A stretch of 36,540 nt of DNA, taken from the IMG/VR virus record IMGVR_UViG_2874920711_000014; one strand, written 5' to 3'. The stretch comes from a virus. Taxonomy: Duplodnaviria > Heunggongvirae > Uroviricota > Caudoviricetes. The notes beneath the pieces were generated by a model. It was not told where the DNA came from. It did not search any database and saw only the letters and a program-made list of their open reading frames with translations. Shown here one piece after another: positions 12,991 to 24,973 of this stretch (its first letter is position 1; every line of letters begins with the position of its first letter). The translations under genes and the position numbers were made by a program.

Positions 12991-13033
12991 AAAAAGAACA
13001 AATGGTAGTGTCCGCTATTGCCAGTACACCTCA

Positions 13034-14322
13034 CTCTGGCCTGCTCGCTTTGTCTCTTCAACAAAGAAATGGTTATCGGTTTCGGCTCCCGTAAAGAGGA
13101 ATACGTCGACAGCACCGGTGACCCGAAAGCATTGTTCTGGAAGGCGTGCAAGTTCGTGGAAACACTACCTGTAGAGTTTCGCGGTTCGTGGAGCGAGAAG
13201 AAGCATGCGCCATATATGCGTGTTGAGTTTCCTGAAACTGGCGCGGTTATCAAAGGTGAGGCTGGCGATAATATCGGTCGTGGTGACCGTACGACCCTTT
13301 ATTTTGTGGATGAGGCTGCTTTTCTCCAGCGACCATTACTTATTGATGCCGCGCTTTCTCAGACAACCCGACGTCGTATCGATCTCTCATCGGTTAACGG
13401 CATGAACAACCCCTTCGCACAGAAGCGGCACAGTGGAAAAATCCCGGTGTTTACGTTTCACTGGCGTAGCGATCCGCGTAAAGACGATGAGTGGTATCAC
13501 AAGGAGTGCGAGAAAATTGATAACCCAGTCATCGTTGCCCAGGAACTGGATCTTAATTACCAGGCATCAGCAGAAGGCATCCTGATCCCCTCAGAATGGG
13601 TACAGGCTGCGGTTGATGCACATATCAGACTGGGCATTCAGCCCGGCGGCCAACGGCTTGGTGCAATGGATGTCGCCGACGAAGGGCGGGATAAAAACGC
13701 CTGTTCGCTCCGTTATGGCATCCTGCTGAATGACGTACAGGAGTGGTCAGGTAAGGGGAGTGACATCTATGACTCTGTGGTTAAGGTTTTTGGTCTGTGC
13801 GATGACTTTGGTGCCGATGAGTTTCGCTTTGATGAGGACGGATTGGGTGCTGGCGTTCGTGGTGATGCGCGCGCTATCAACGAACTGCGTGAAGCGGAGG
13901 GCATCTGTCAAATCACCGCCACTCCATTCCGGGGCAGCGGGAGCGTGTTTCATCCTGAAAATGAAGCTGTTCCCGGTGATAATGGTAAACCGGCTCGTCT
14001 GAATAAGGACTTTTTTGTCAATGCCAAAGCCCAGGGGTGGTGGCATCTTCGCAAATTATTCCGCAATACATTTCGTGCACTACAGGGTATGGAGTATGAC
14101 CCGGATGAGATTATTTCCATCAGCAGCACAATGGAAAATAAAGACCGGCTGTTGATGGAGCTGTCACAACCTACCTGGTCAAAAAATGCCACCGGAAAAA
14201 TTCTTGTGGATAAGCAACCTGACGGAACGAAATCTCCAAACCTGGCTGATTCTGTGATGATTGCTTATGCCCCGATGGAAATGCCCATCGTAATTTCTGA
14301 TGACTTTATGGAGTGGATCTGA
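13034..14322 (+). pseudogene. Terminase large subunit, N-terminally truncated by IS600-like copy 2
   Basis: Track ORF 13018..14322 (434 aa): ...[11 protein letters not shown]... (ATPase motif) and ...[23 protein letters not shown]...; begins inside the IS end so the ATPase N-terminus is missing. Confidence 0.8.
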
Positions 14323-15862
14323 TGTGGCCGTTTAAACGAAAAGAACCGTCAGCGCCGGCGGTACCGGACAAACAACCTGAACCACAGCCACCGGAAATTA
14401 ACGATGAGGTGATCGCTTCCGTCCGGCAGAAACCACGGAGGGAGTTTGTTCGCTATGAGCCACCACCGGGCGTTATCCCGGCACCGGTTCGCGATGCTGT
14501 GCTGGCAATGGATGCAACACCGTATGACACCCTGAACAGTCATTATCCTGATTTTGTTTATGGTGGTTTCCCGGGCTATCCGTATCTGGCACTTCAGGCG
14601 CAGTTACCGGAGTACCGGCGTATGGTCAGTGTGCTTGCCGAGGAGATGACCCGTAAGTGGATAAAGGTTAAGGCGGTCGGAGAAGGGGACGACAGCCACG
14701 CGTCACGCATAGCGCAGCTTACTGACGCACTGGAGCACTATAACGTACAGGACGTTTTCAGACTGGCGATTGAGCACGACGGCTTTTTCGGGCGAGGGCA
14801 GATTTATATTGATGTGCGTTCGCCATCGGGTATATCTGCCTGGACTGACCCGGCGGAGCTGGGATCCGGACTGTTTATTTCCGACAAAAAAATCCCGAAA
14901 GGTTCCCTGCTGGGGCTTCGTGTTATTGAACCCGTCTGGACGTATCCGGGTATATATAACGCGGATAATCCGCTGAGTGATGATTTTTACCGTCCGTCCG
15001 AATGGTACGTAATGGGAAAAACGGTTCACGCCAGCCGCATGATTGATCTGATCTCCCGTCCGGTTCCGGACATGCTGAAGCCGGCCTACAACTTTGGCGG
15101 CCTGTCACTGGTTCAGATTGCTGAGCCTTATGTTGATAACTGGCTGCGAACACGCGACAGCGTGGGCGATATGCTGCATTCGTTTTCGCTGAGCGGGATT
15201 AAGACGGATATGACACAGGTATTAAGTGGTAAAAGGGACCCGAATTACGCAAAACGCGCGGAGTTGTTTAACCGTACCCGTGATAACCGCGGGCTGCTGA
15301 TGCTGGACAAGACGAACGAAGAGTTTTTCCAGTTCAACACTCCCCTGAGCGGCCTCGACACCCTTCAGGCGCAGGTACAGGAACACATGTTCTTTGTCAG
15401 TGCCATACCGTCCGTAAAATTCGCCGGGCTGAGCCCAACGGGACTGAATGCGTCGAGTGAGGGTGAAATCCGGGGTTTTACGACACCATTGCTGCACTTG
15501 CCACCCGTCTTCTGAAGAAACCGCTGAAAAAGGTGCTGGATATTATCCAGTTGTCTGAGTTCGGCGATATCGATCCTGATATCACGTTTGAATTTGAACC
15601 CCTGCATGAGCTGACGCGCGAGCAACTGGCGAATATCCGTAAAACTGAGGCGGAAACGGATCAGATTTATGAGAGCACCGGAGCAGTGACCAATAACGAA
15701 GTACGCGAACGGCTGGCGACTGCGCAGGACAGCCCGTACAGCGGTATTGACCTGAGCGGGGACATCGAAATTGACGACACTGAAATTGACAACACCGAAG
15801 AAAATCCGCCGCAAGGCCCGAATGCAGACCCTGAGGCGGATTTCACCCAACGCGGGGATTGA
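14313..15862 (+). CDS. Portal protein (DUF1073-like), -1 frameshift near 15480-15500
   Basis: Track ORFs 14313..15515 and 15533..15862 are consecutive parts. The break is at ccggggttttacg; one extra base would give ...[31 protein letters not shown]... Confidence 0.7.
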
Positions 15863-16589
15863 GGCCTGGTACCGCAGACAACTGGATAATGCCGTCAGTG
15901 GGATGCACAACAGTGTACTTTACTGGCTGCGGGCTGAGTACCGTAAAACAGACCTCGCGCAGGATGCGTCCCCGTTAACCTGATGCGTGGTGCCATGCAG
16001 CAACTTGCCCGGCGCTGGCAGAAAAATTTTGACGAAATGGCCCTGCGGCTGGCGAGGCGGTTTGCCGGTGATGTCCTGAAAAACAGCGATGCGTCACTGT
16101 ACACTGCGCTCCGTGATGCCGGGTTTACGGTTCCTTTCCGTATGACAACGGAGATGAATACCGCACTTCAGGCCAGCATCACGGAGAATGTGAACCTCAT
16201 TCGCTCCATCCCGCAGCAACATCTCCCCAGGTGGAAACACTGGTCATGCAGTCTGTTGGCCGGGACGTGACCTGAAAACGCTGACCGATGAACTGGAAAA
16301 ACGTTACGGCATCACACGACGGCGCGCGGTGCTGATTGCCCGCGACCAGAACAATAAGGCAACGTCGGTAATGCAGGCCGCCAGACAGCGTTCGGTGGGT
16401 ATCACTGAAGGTGTCTGGAGGCATTCCCGCGCGGGTAAAACATGGCGTCCGTCGCATGTGAAGGCGAACGGTAAACGGTTTGACCTGCGAAAGGGGATGT
16501 TTCTGGATGGTAAGTGGGTACTGCCGGGCGAAGAAATCAACTGCCGGTGTGGCTGGGAGGCCGTTATTCCCGGACTGGAGAAAAAATGA
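15771..16589 (+). CDS. Head morphogenesis protein (phage Mu F-like), split into three frames
   Basis: Track ORFs 15771..15983, 15983..16270 and 16329..16589 (...[30 protein letters not shown]...[13 protein letters not shown]...), breaks at short C/G runs. Confidence 0.65.
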
Positions 16590-17943
16590 TTATTACCGAA
16601 ATGCTGGCGTTTGACCGGGCATCGGTAAGGCAGTTCGATAAAGTCGGTCGCCTCCAGATTGAGCGCAGTAATCTCAGCAAGGCGAACGTCTGCGGTTATT
16701 TCGGGTATGAAATACCGGGGGCGGAAGCGCTGGGACTCGACCCCAAAAAACTTTATCAGCTTTACCGTGACCCCGATGAACTGCGCAAGGCAGTTTCAAC
16801 CTTCAACAATATTCCCGTCCTGTGCCGACACAAACCCGATTATCCGGGCGCGCCCGCGCGCGAGTACCGGGTGGGGACGACTCATGCCAACAGCGAGTTT
16901 GACGGTACCTATCTGGTTAACGGCATGTCCATCTGGGACAACTCCGCCATCGCGGGATAGAAACGGATGAACAACGGGAAATCTCATCGTCATATGCCTA
17001 TGTGGCAGATATGACGCCGGGAACCACCCCGACGGTGAGCCGTATGACGGCGTTATGCGGAATATCGTGGGAAATCATGTGGCCCTGGTCGGCGATGGCC
17101 GGGTAGGGTCGGACTGTCTTGTTATGGACTCTCTCCCTCAGGAGCTAAAACGCATGAAACTGAGTAAAAAAGAAGTGGCGGTGCTTACCGCGCTGGGAAC
17201 CTATCTTGCGCCGCGTCTGGCGCAGGATGCGGCTCCGGGGATTTGTTACGCCTGATGGCGCAGTATAAGCGTCCGGCAGCTATCGCCAGCGCGGTAAAAA
17301 CTGCTTACAGCGAACGGCTGGCACAGGATATGGATATTGAACCGGTGGAGCTGGCGCAACTGATGGAATCAGCAGAAGCCGTACCGGAGCTGGTCGGGGA
17401 TGATGATACCGGGTTAACTGACGAGTCGAAGGCATTTGATACCGACAGCCCGATGGAAAGTGTACTGGCGTTGCTGTCCGGCAAAGTTCCTGATGATGTG
17501 CTGGAAAAAATTAAATCCGCACTGTCTCCGACAACCGACGAAGCCCCCGAAACAAAAGAGGCTGATGTGAAACCCGACGATGTGAAAGTCGATAAACCTG
17601 CGATGGATGCAGCAATCAGGCTGGCAACTGACCAGGCAACGAAACGGGCTGCTGAAAATTTCCGCGCCGTCCGTGTGGCTGAAGCTGAAGTGCGACCGCT
17701 GATTGGCGATGTGGTGGCGATGTGGTGGCGATGGACTGCGCCGAAGATGTTTACCGTACCGCGCTGGAACAGACGGGGATCGATATTCAGGGTATTCACC
17801 CCGGTGCGTACCGCAGCATGGTGAAGTTTGCCGTTGAGCAGAAGCAGACGGCCAAATCCTCTCCCCGTGTGGCGATGGATCAGGCCAGCGCATCGACGTT
17901 TGCGGCAGATTTCCCCGGTGCAAAACTGAAACGAGGTTACTGA
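16586..17943 (+). CDS. Phage head-associated protein (DUF2213-like, possible scaffold/protease), multiply frameshifted
   Basis: Track ORFs 16514..16960, 17055..17255, 17243..17824 and 17722..17943 tile the region in successive -1 frames. Acidic Ala/Glu/Asp-rich centre. Confidence 0.45.
17708..17729. repeat. 11-bp perfect tandem duplication (gatgtggtggc x2) causing a frameshift in the DUF2213-like gene
   Basis: Seen directly: ...ggcgatgtggtggcgatgtggtggcgatggactgc... Removing one unit restores ...[23 protein letters not shown]... Confidence 0.7.
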
Positions 17944-17944
17944 T

Positions 17945-18423
17945 ATGAATACTTTTCAGACACACATGAACCAGTACCCGGCACCGGGTATTCCGGGGCG
18001 TTTGCCAGTGCTAACCCTCATGCCTCGTATGTGGCGGGAGATGGCGGGCTGATTACCGGCCCTGACGGGCTGGTAATTGCCCGGTTTGCCTGGGTAACCA
18101 AAGGTGTTGCCGCTAATAAGGGGCCGGCGCACCGGCGGGTTTTGTTCCTCGTGACGGGCAGGCTTCCATTGTGGAATGGCTGGCCGGGGACTCGAACACC
18201 ATTTATCCGGGGCGTGAATGCACCCTGATGGTGTCGGGGGATTTCTGGGCGCTGACCACCACTACTGCGACGATCGGGCAGAAAGTATTTGCCTCACTGG
18301 CCACCGGGGAGATAGCCACGGGGCGGCTGGCACCTCGATGGCGGGGTTTGTCGAAACCTGGTTTTCCGTTGCCAGCGCTGCGGCGGCAAAAGAAGTCATT
18401 AAGATCAGTACCTGGAGCAAATA
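17945..18423 (+). CDS. Hypothetical small phage head protein, frameshifted
   Basis: ATG at ~17945 ([18 protein letters not shown]...); track ORFs 18031..18228, 18171..18431 and 18218..18424 overlap in three frames. Confidence 0.3.
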
Positions 18424-19469
18424 ATGAATAAATTTAAACAGCATTATGCGACGGCAAGTCGCGACTACGGGATTATTCTTCCCGGAGCACAGGCTTATTT
18501 GCCGAAGGAGTACGCCGCCGATTACGGACTGGCGATGGACGCGCAGCCTGCGCTGGTCACAGCGGCTAACAGCGGTATCCCTGCGTATTTCACCAATTAC
18601 GTTGAGCCAGAACTGATCCGCGTGCTGGTGACGCCGATGAAAGCCGCTCAGATTCTGGGCGAAACCAAAAAAGGTGACTGGACGACACTGTCGGCACAAT
18701 TCCCGATTGCAGAATCTGACGGGAGGTGAGTTCCTACGGGGATTACAGCAACAACGGGGTGGTAAGCGCAAACGTCAACTGGGTACCGCGCCAGAGCTAT
18801 CACTTCCAGACCTTCACCGTATGGGGCGAACGTGAGCTGGAGATGTACGGCGCAGCCCGTATTGGCTGGGCGGCAGAGCTGAACGTGGCGTCAGCACTGA
18901 CGCTGAATAAGTTCCAGAATAAGTCCTATTTCTACGGTATTGCCGGACTGACGAACTACGGTTTGCTGAATGATCCGTCGTTATCTGCACCAATCACCCC
19001 GGATACCGTTGACGGTAAACTGAAGTGGGACGACAAGGACGGACAGGGCGTGTATGACGATATCGTGAAACTCTTTAAGCAACTGGTGAAACAGACTAAC
19101 GGTCATATTGAGCGTACCGACAAAATGAAACTGTGCATGTCGCCGCTGGCAGAGGTGAACCTCACCAAAACAAACCAGTACAGGGTTAACGTGTCCGATC
19201 TGCTGGCGAAAAATTTCCCGGCGATGACCATTGAAACGGCGGTGGAATACACCTCTGACGCTGGCGAGCTGGTACAGCTTATCGCGGAGCGTCTGGGTGA
19301 ACAGGATACAGGCTATTGCGCTTTCACTGAAAAAATGCGCGCCCATGCGGTAGGGGTAGATACGTCTTCCTGGAAACAGAAAAAATCCGCTGGTACCTGG
19401 GGGCGATTATTCGCCAGCCGCTGGCGTATGCACAAATGCTTGGGGTGTGAGTTATGGCTGAAATGGTAA
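18424..19469 (+). CDS. Putative major capsid protein, frameshifted near 18720 and 19400
   Basis: Track ORFs 18424..18729 and 18726..19469; position after the head-morphogenesis and scaffold-like genes; ~345 codons total. Confidence 0.5.
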
Positions 19470-19800
19470 CAGTGGGCTGTAAACTGCCGAACGGTCTGGT
19501 GCTGGAAGTGGGGCAGAAACGGGTTCAGGTGACAGGCTGGCGGAATAACGCGGTTAAAATTGTGGGGGCTATGGTCTGACGCAGGTCGATAAGGTGTTTT
19601 TTGACGCCTGGCTGGCGGAGCACGGACAGCAACCTTATGTGAAAAATGGCGTTATTTTTGCGCAGGATAAGGCGAACAGTGCAGTCTCGCAGGCTACGGA
19701 GCAGAAAGCCGTTAAATCCGGCCTTGAACCGCTGCCGCAGAAAAATCCGGCTCCGGGCGTTAACCGCAATGATGAAGTGATGGGTAAACCTCAGGAGTAA
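19454..19800 (+). CDS. Hypothetical small phage protein, frameshifted at a G run (~19570)
   Basis: [39 protein letters not shown]... continues in track ORF 19594..19800. Confidence 0.35.
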
Positions 19801-19805
19801 ACGCT

Positions 19806-20259
19806 ATGGGTACGGTGATGTTTGACTGTCGGATGTTTGTCAGTCTGTACCCGGAGTTTTCCACGGTGACACCGGAGCTACTGACGGCGGTGTTTAACCA
19901 GGCGACCGCGTTGTACCAGGATAACACGGACGACAGTCCGGTTACCGACCTGAAGGAGCGGGAACAGCTTCTGTTCCTGCTGGTTGCGCATCTGTGCGCA
20001 TTGCGGGGGCTGGGAAACGGGAGAGACGGGCAGGCTGGTCTGGTGGGGCGTATCACCAGTGCGTCGGAAGGTTCTGTATCGGTATCGGTGGATAATAGCG
20101 GCAGTAATGATGCGTCGTGGTGGTATCTCCAGACCCCCTGGGGTGCTGACTACTGGCAGGCGACAGCGCCATACCGCTCAATGCAGTATCATTCCGGGGG
20201 GCACCTTCGCGATATCCGGGGCATTATTACCGGGGATACGGGAGGGGCGTCGATGGTAA
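19806..20259 (+). CDS. Head-tail connector-like protein (DUF4054-like)
   Basis: Track ORF 19806..20585 appears to fuse this gene with the next one; a G6 run sits at ~20194. Confidence 0.35.
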
Positions 20260-20832
20260 ATAAAGTCACAGGTGGCAAACAGTTCCGGCAGAAGCTGAAA
20301 CAGGTTGCCGCGAACCTTTCATTGGGTAAAAAACTCAAAGTGGGTTTTCTTGAGGGAGCAACTTACCCTGACGGTACGTCAGTGGCTTATATTGCCGCAG
20401 TTCAGGAGTTTGGTGGAAGAGCGGTCATACCCGCCCGTGAGCAGACGCTCCACTTTCGCTATAACGAAAAAACGGGAGAAACCGGGCACCGCTTTGTCAA
20501 AGCCGGTAAAGGGAATTTTGTTCAGGATGTGGTTATTCCTGAGCACACGGTCACCATTCCCCCCGTCCGTTCTTCCGTAAGATGATCGAACATAAAAGTC
20601 CCGAATGGGGCGAAAAAATGGCGACCTTATTACGGGCGAATGATTTTGATACTGCGACCGCTCTGGTGTGTATGGGAGAACATATCAAAGGGCAGTTGCA
20701 GATGTCTGTTCGCGACTGGGAAAGTCCGCCCAACGCTGCATCCACTGCCCGGCAAAAGGGTTTTAACAACCCGCTTATTGAAACCGGACATATGATGGAC
20801 AGCGTTGATTATTCTGTAGACGGGGCAAAAAA
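20253..20832 (+). CDS. Hypothetical phage head-tail joining protein, frameshifted at a C6 run (~20560)
   Basis: ATG at 20253 with GGAGG 8 bp upstream; continues in track ORF 20582..20947. Confidence 0.35.
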
Positions 20833-21197
20833 TGAACTTTCACGGTATTGTTTCCGGCGCAGTACGTCGGGTAAATCCCTTTACAGACGCGCTGGTTTAT
20901 CGTTCCCGCGGGAGTACACAGCAGGCAGATTATTCCCGCGTACCTGAGTATGAAGATCCGGTTTCTGTCAGGGTGCAAAAGCAGGCTGTCACCCAGGCTG
21001 ATTTACGTCATCTTGATAATCTTAACCAGCAGGGAGTTTTCGCCACATTGTATACCGATGGTAACTGGTGCGGGCTTAACCGTGCCCGGCAACAGGGAGG
21101 CGATAAATTTGTTATTGGCGATGAAACGTGGCTGGTGATTGAGGTACCGGAAATCTGGCCTGACTGGACGAGGGTTATTGTATGCCTTCAGGTGTGA
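20832..21197 (+). CDS. Hypothetical phage protein (121 aa)
   Basis: Track ORF 20832..21197, start overlaps the end of the upstream gene. Confidence 0.4.
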   Translation: MNFHGIVSGAVRRVNPFTDALVYRSRGSTQQADYSRVPEYEDPVSVRVQKQAVTQADLRHLDNLNQQGVFATLYTDGNWCGLNRARQQGGDKFVIGDETWLVIEVPEIWPDWTRVIVCLQV

Positions 21198-21726
21198 CCC
21201 TCTCCGTTACGGAAAGCGCTCTTTATCAGGCCCTCGGTGATTATCTCCGGGGCTTTTTTCTGATGCCGGGATTGAACGAACGCAGCAGAACCAGGTCCCG
21301 ATGCCTCAGGGGAATTTCATCACCATGACGGGCATTGATGTTACCGGATTATCCACTGCGGTAGTGGCATATTCTGCGCCAGCGCAGGCTGGTGAGGGCT
21401 CTCAGCATATCACCCGTACCACAAAATGGCGTTGCCAGCTTGATTTCTACGGCCCTCACGCGGCAGATAACGCGCAGGTGCTGGCAACGCTTTTCCGGTC
21501 TGAATTTTCCGTACGGCTTTTCCGGCAGGGCGGTGGGCTGATTTCCCCGCTGTATTGCTCAGAGCCCTTTAACACCACATTCCCCAACGGTCAGCAACAG
21601 TATGAACCGCGCTGGACGCTTGATATTCAGATGCAGATTAACCCTGTGGTCACAACTTCCCTGATGTTTTTTGACAACGTGATCACCCGGACAACGGAGG
21701 CTGATAATGCCAATTCCACTCAGTAA
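21184..21726 (+). CDS. Hypothetical phage tail-completion-like protein, frameshifted at a T6 run (~21260)
   Basis: MPSGVTLSVTESALYQALGDYLRGFF... then track ORF 21301..21726. Confidence 0.35.
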
Positions 21727-23014
21727 AGATGTACAGATAAATCCCGGTGTGCTGGCTGTGGCGGGTAATGCCGTCGATCTTAACGGCCTGCTGTTGACCA
21801 GTAATCCGTTACTTCCGGTCGGCACTGTGGTTCCGTTTTCCTCTCCGGATGATGTGGCCGCGTATTTTGGTGCATTATCCGATGAGTACGCACGCGCTCA
21901 GCTTTATTTCCAGGGCTTCAAAAATGCCACCAGGACGCCGGGGCAATTGTTGTTTTCCCGTTTCAGTCCTGCCCATCGGCGGCCTGGTTACGTAGCGGTT
22001 CGTTTAAGGGCGCGACTGTTGAACAGCTACAAAAACTTTCCGGCACGCTGATGCTGAGTATTAACGGGAAAAGCGTCAGCATTGAAGTGAATTTTAACGG
22101 TGTCGCCAGCTTCGCCGCTGCTGCAACGGCACTACAGACAGCGCTGACCGCAGCAGTGGCTACAGTGGTATTCGATACCACACAGAATGCTTTTGTCATT
22201 ACTGTCGCCGGGGCGAAACCCGGGAGTACCACGATAACGTTCGGCAGTGGATCGGCAGCAGAACTCCTGAAGATGACCAGTAACACCGGTGCGGTGATAT
22301 CCCGGGGCGCGCCTGTATCTGATGTCCCTGACACAATGGCAGCCATTAAGGCCGCTTCCAGCAATGGCGGGTTTTTCCACGGTATCTGAGGTCACTGACG
22401 AGCAACACCTGGCGTTTTCTGCATGGGCAAACGGGCAGGGCAAGCGTTACTTTTATGTGGCATGGACAACCAGCGGCAACGCCAGAGTAAAAGGCAGTAC
22501 TGAACACATCGCTTACCAGATAATTGCTGTCAATAACTACAGCTCTGTTGTACCTGTTTTCGCGACTGATGGTAACCGGGCTGCAGCGGTACTGGGGTAT
22601 GCAGCGTGCCTTGATTTTGTCCGACCAGAGGGGTGTGTATCATTCAAGTTCCGCGAGTATGAGGGGCTGGCCGCTGATGTTACCAGTGGCAGCGATTATG
22701 ATGCGCTGATCGCCGCAGGTTACAATTTCTACGGAAAATATGCGGAAAACAGTGTGGTGGAAGATTACTGGGCGGATGGCACTATTACCGGTGATTTTAA
22801 ATGGCTGGACAGTTTCTGCGGGCAAATCTGGCTGAATGCCAGTTTGCAGGGGCGGTGATCGCGTTATTCAAGTCAAACCAGACGATCCCCTACAACAATG
22901 AAGGGCGGGCGCTGGTTGCAGCGTCAATGAGTGACGTTATCCAGCAGTACAAACGCTGGGAGGGATCCGTGAAGGGGTGACACTGACGGAGGCGCAGAAG
23001 AAACAGATTAACAA
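21707..23014 (+). pseudogene. Tail sheath-like protein (DUF3383-like), multiply frameshifted and 3'-truncated by IS600-like copy 3
   Basis: Track ORFs 21707..22051, 22051..22389 and 22322..22858 tile the gene; reading continues to the IS end at 23015. Confidence 0.5.
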
Positions 23015-23057
23015 TGAGGTGTACTGGCAATAGCGGACACTACCATTTGTTCTTTTT

Positions 23058-23876
23058 TTAAGCAGCCATCTGATGATATTTTTCCCTGAAGGCTGCCGGG
23101 GAGATATTCCCCAGACGAGAGTGACGACGCTGACGATTGTAGAAAATCTCAATGTATTCCCGTATTACTGAGATGGCTTCATCCCGGTTATTAAAACGAT
23201 AGTGGCTCAGGCTCTCATTTTTCAGCGTTCCCCAGAAGCTTTCCATCGGAGCGTTGTCGTAACAGTTACCTTTACGCGACATTGATGTTTTCAGACCAAA
23301 CTGCTCCTGTATGACCCGGTAATCGTATGCGCAGTACTGTGAACCTCGATCAGAGTGGTGGATTAGCCCGGCAGGTGGGCGCTGGCTCCTGAGCGCCATA
23401 AACAGGGCTTTACCTGTCAGCTCTTTTGTCATGCGCTCTCCCATGGCGTAGCCGACAATTTCGCACGTATAAACATCTTTGATGCCAGCGAGGTACAACC
23501 ATCCCTCCTGTGTGGCAACATACGTCAGGTCCGCCACCCAGACCTGATTTGGTGCTGTAGGAGCGAACGTCTGGTTCAGCAGATTTGGCGCAACTGGCAG
23601 ATTGTGGTTCGGGTTCGTAGTCGCTCTGAACTTGCGTTTCTGCTTACAGCGTAGCCTTAGCTCCTTACGAAGACGTGCCAGTCGGTCACGACCAACGATG
23701 ATGCCATTCTCTGCCAGCTCCGTCTGGAGCCGCCGGGTTCCATATGTTTCGCGAGTGCGGATATGTGCCACCTTAATCTCCAGTTTTAGCCGCTCATCAC
23801 TTTGTTTTCTGTCTGAGGGTTCATGCTGTACCCAGTTGTAATAACCGCTCCTGGATACACCAAATACCTGACACAT
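23058..23876 (-). CDS. IS600-like OrfB transposase (272 aa from first Met, intact)
   Basis: Track ORF 23058..23876(-), ...HHSDRGSQYCAYDYRVIQEQFGLKTSMSRKGNCYDNAPMESFWGTLKNE... (DDE domain). Confidence 0.85.
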   Translation of the reverse strand: MCQVFGVSRSGYYNWVQHEPSDRKQSDERLKLEIKVAHIRTRETYGTRRLQTELAENGIIVGRDRLARLRKELRLRCKQKRKFRATTNPNHNLPVAPNLLNQTFAPTAPNQVWVADLTYVATQEGWLYLAGIKDVYTCEIVGYAMGERMTKELTGKALFMALRSQRPPAGLIHHSDRGSQYCAYDYRVIQEQFGLKTSMSRKGNCYDNAPMESFWGTLKNESLSHYRFNNRDEAISVIREYIEIFYNRQRRHSRLGNISPAAFREKYHQMAA

Positions 23877-24062
23877 CGCTTCAATGGGAAATTGTTGTCG
23901 CCATTGTTCGATTAACGCGTATTTTTCAGCGACTCCTGTGCAAAATACGCTGTTGTAGATTCAATCTGTCAATGCAACACCCCTTTCAATTATCTCTTTC
24001 GGTGTTTTGAACTTCAGTGTCTTTCTCGGTCTGTTGTTTAGCTGAGCAGCAACCAGATCTAG

Positions 24063-24973
24063 GCTGTGTCCCTTAATCATCTGAGCTATAGTAACTGTCT
24101 GTTTACACAACATATTGAACTATGGCTCGCTACGACCTTCCCGATGAGGCATGGACCATCATCAAGCCCTGTTACCTCCTGAACCCGCCACACCACGGGC
24201 CGGACGCCCATGGGCTGAGCACCGTAAAATCATCAATGGCATGTTCTGGGTGTTATGTTCCGGTGCACCATGGCGCGATTTACCCGAACGATATGGGTCA
24301 TGGAAAACTGTTTATAACCGCTTTAACCGATGGTCAAAGTCAGGCGTGATTAATATTATTTTCAACAGGTTGCTTTCGCTACTTGATGCAAACGGCTTTA
24401 TTGACTGGTCTGCCACCGCGCTGGATGGCAGTAATATCCGGGCGCTGAAATGTGCCGCCGGTGCTCAAAAAAACATCCCGATATCGACGGAGATAATGGG
24501 CTGGGTCGCTCTCGCGGCGGTTTTGGCACCAAAATCCATCTGGCAACAGACGGAAGTGGCCTCCCGTTAAATATCGTGCTAAGCCCGGACAAGCTCATGA
24601 AAGCCAGTTCGCGCAACGACTTCTGGACGGGATTGGCGTTCAGCGTCAGAACGGCAGCATGAAACGCCGTGGACATGCGGTACTGGCTGATAAAGCGTAT
24701 TCAGGGCGCGCATTGCGCAACGAGCTGAAAAATAACGGTATAAAGGCAGTAATCCCCGAAAGTCAAATGAGAAAATGGCATCGGATGGACGTGCACAGCT
24801 TGATCGTGATGCGTACTGCAATCGTAATGTCGTTGAACGGTGCTTTGGGCGGCTGAAAGAATATCGCCGCATCGCCACGAGTTACGACAAAACGGCGAGA
24901 AATTACCTGGCGATGGTGAAACTGGGCTGCATCCGACTCTTTTATCAACGCTTACGTAATTAAGGGACACAGC
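24063..24973 (+). mobile_element. IS5-family element (~911 bp) inserted at CTAG inside IS30 copy 3
   Basis: Terminal inverted repeats GCTGTGTCCCTTAAT ... ATTAAGGGACACAGC. Flanks reconstruct the IS30 sequence accagatctagttcatg, so the TSD is CTAG or TA. Confidence 0.7.
24122..24963 (+). pseudogene. IS5-family transposase split across frames
   Basis: Track ORFs 24122, 24151, 24450, 24659 and 24775 carry consecutive pieces (...GAPWRDLPERYGSWKTVYNRFNRWSKSGV..., ...DRDAYCNRNVVERCFGRLKEYRRIATSYDKTARNYLAMVKLGCIRL...). One shift may be a natural programmed frameshift. Confidence 0.65.

Larger units (their letters stand above)
9214..13033 (+). mobile_element. IS600-like (IS3 family) copy 2 carrying nested IS30 (inverted) and IS2 (inverted); no matching TSD at outer flanks
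   Basis: Ends TGAGGTAGCCTGAGTTTAACGGACAC ... GTGTCCGCTATTGCCAGTACACCTCA (imperfect inverted repeat). Length 3820 bp = ~1264 + 1221 + 2 + ~1330 + 5. Confidence 0.8.

Noticed and set aside
17414-17965. Minus-strand ORFs inside phage structural genes (17414..17965, 17305..17799, 21963..22364, 15365..15910)
   Set aside because: They overlap better-supported plus-strand genes in antisense, have skewed composition and no motifs; typical of GC-rich antisense frames.
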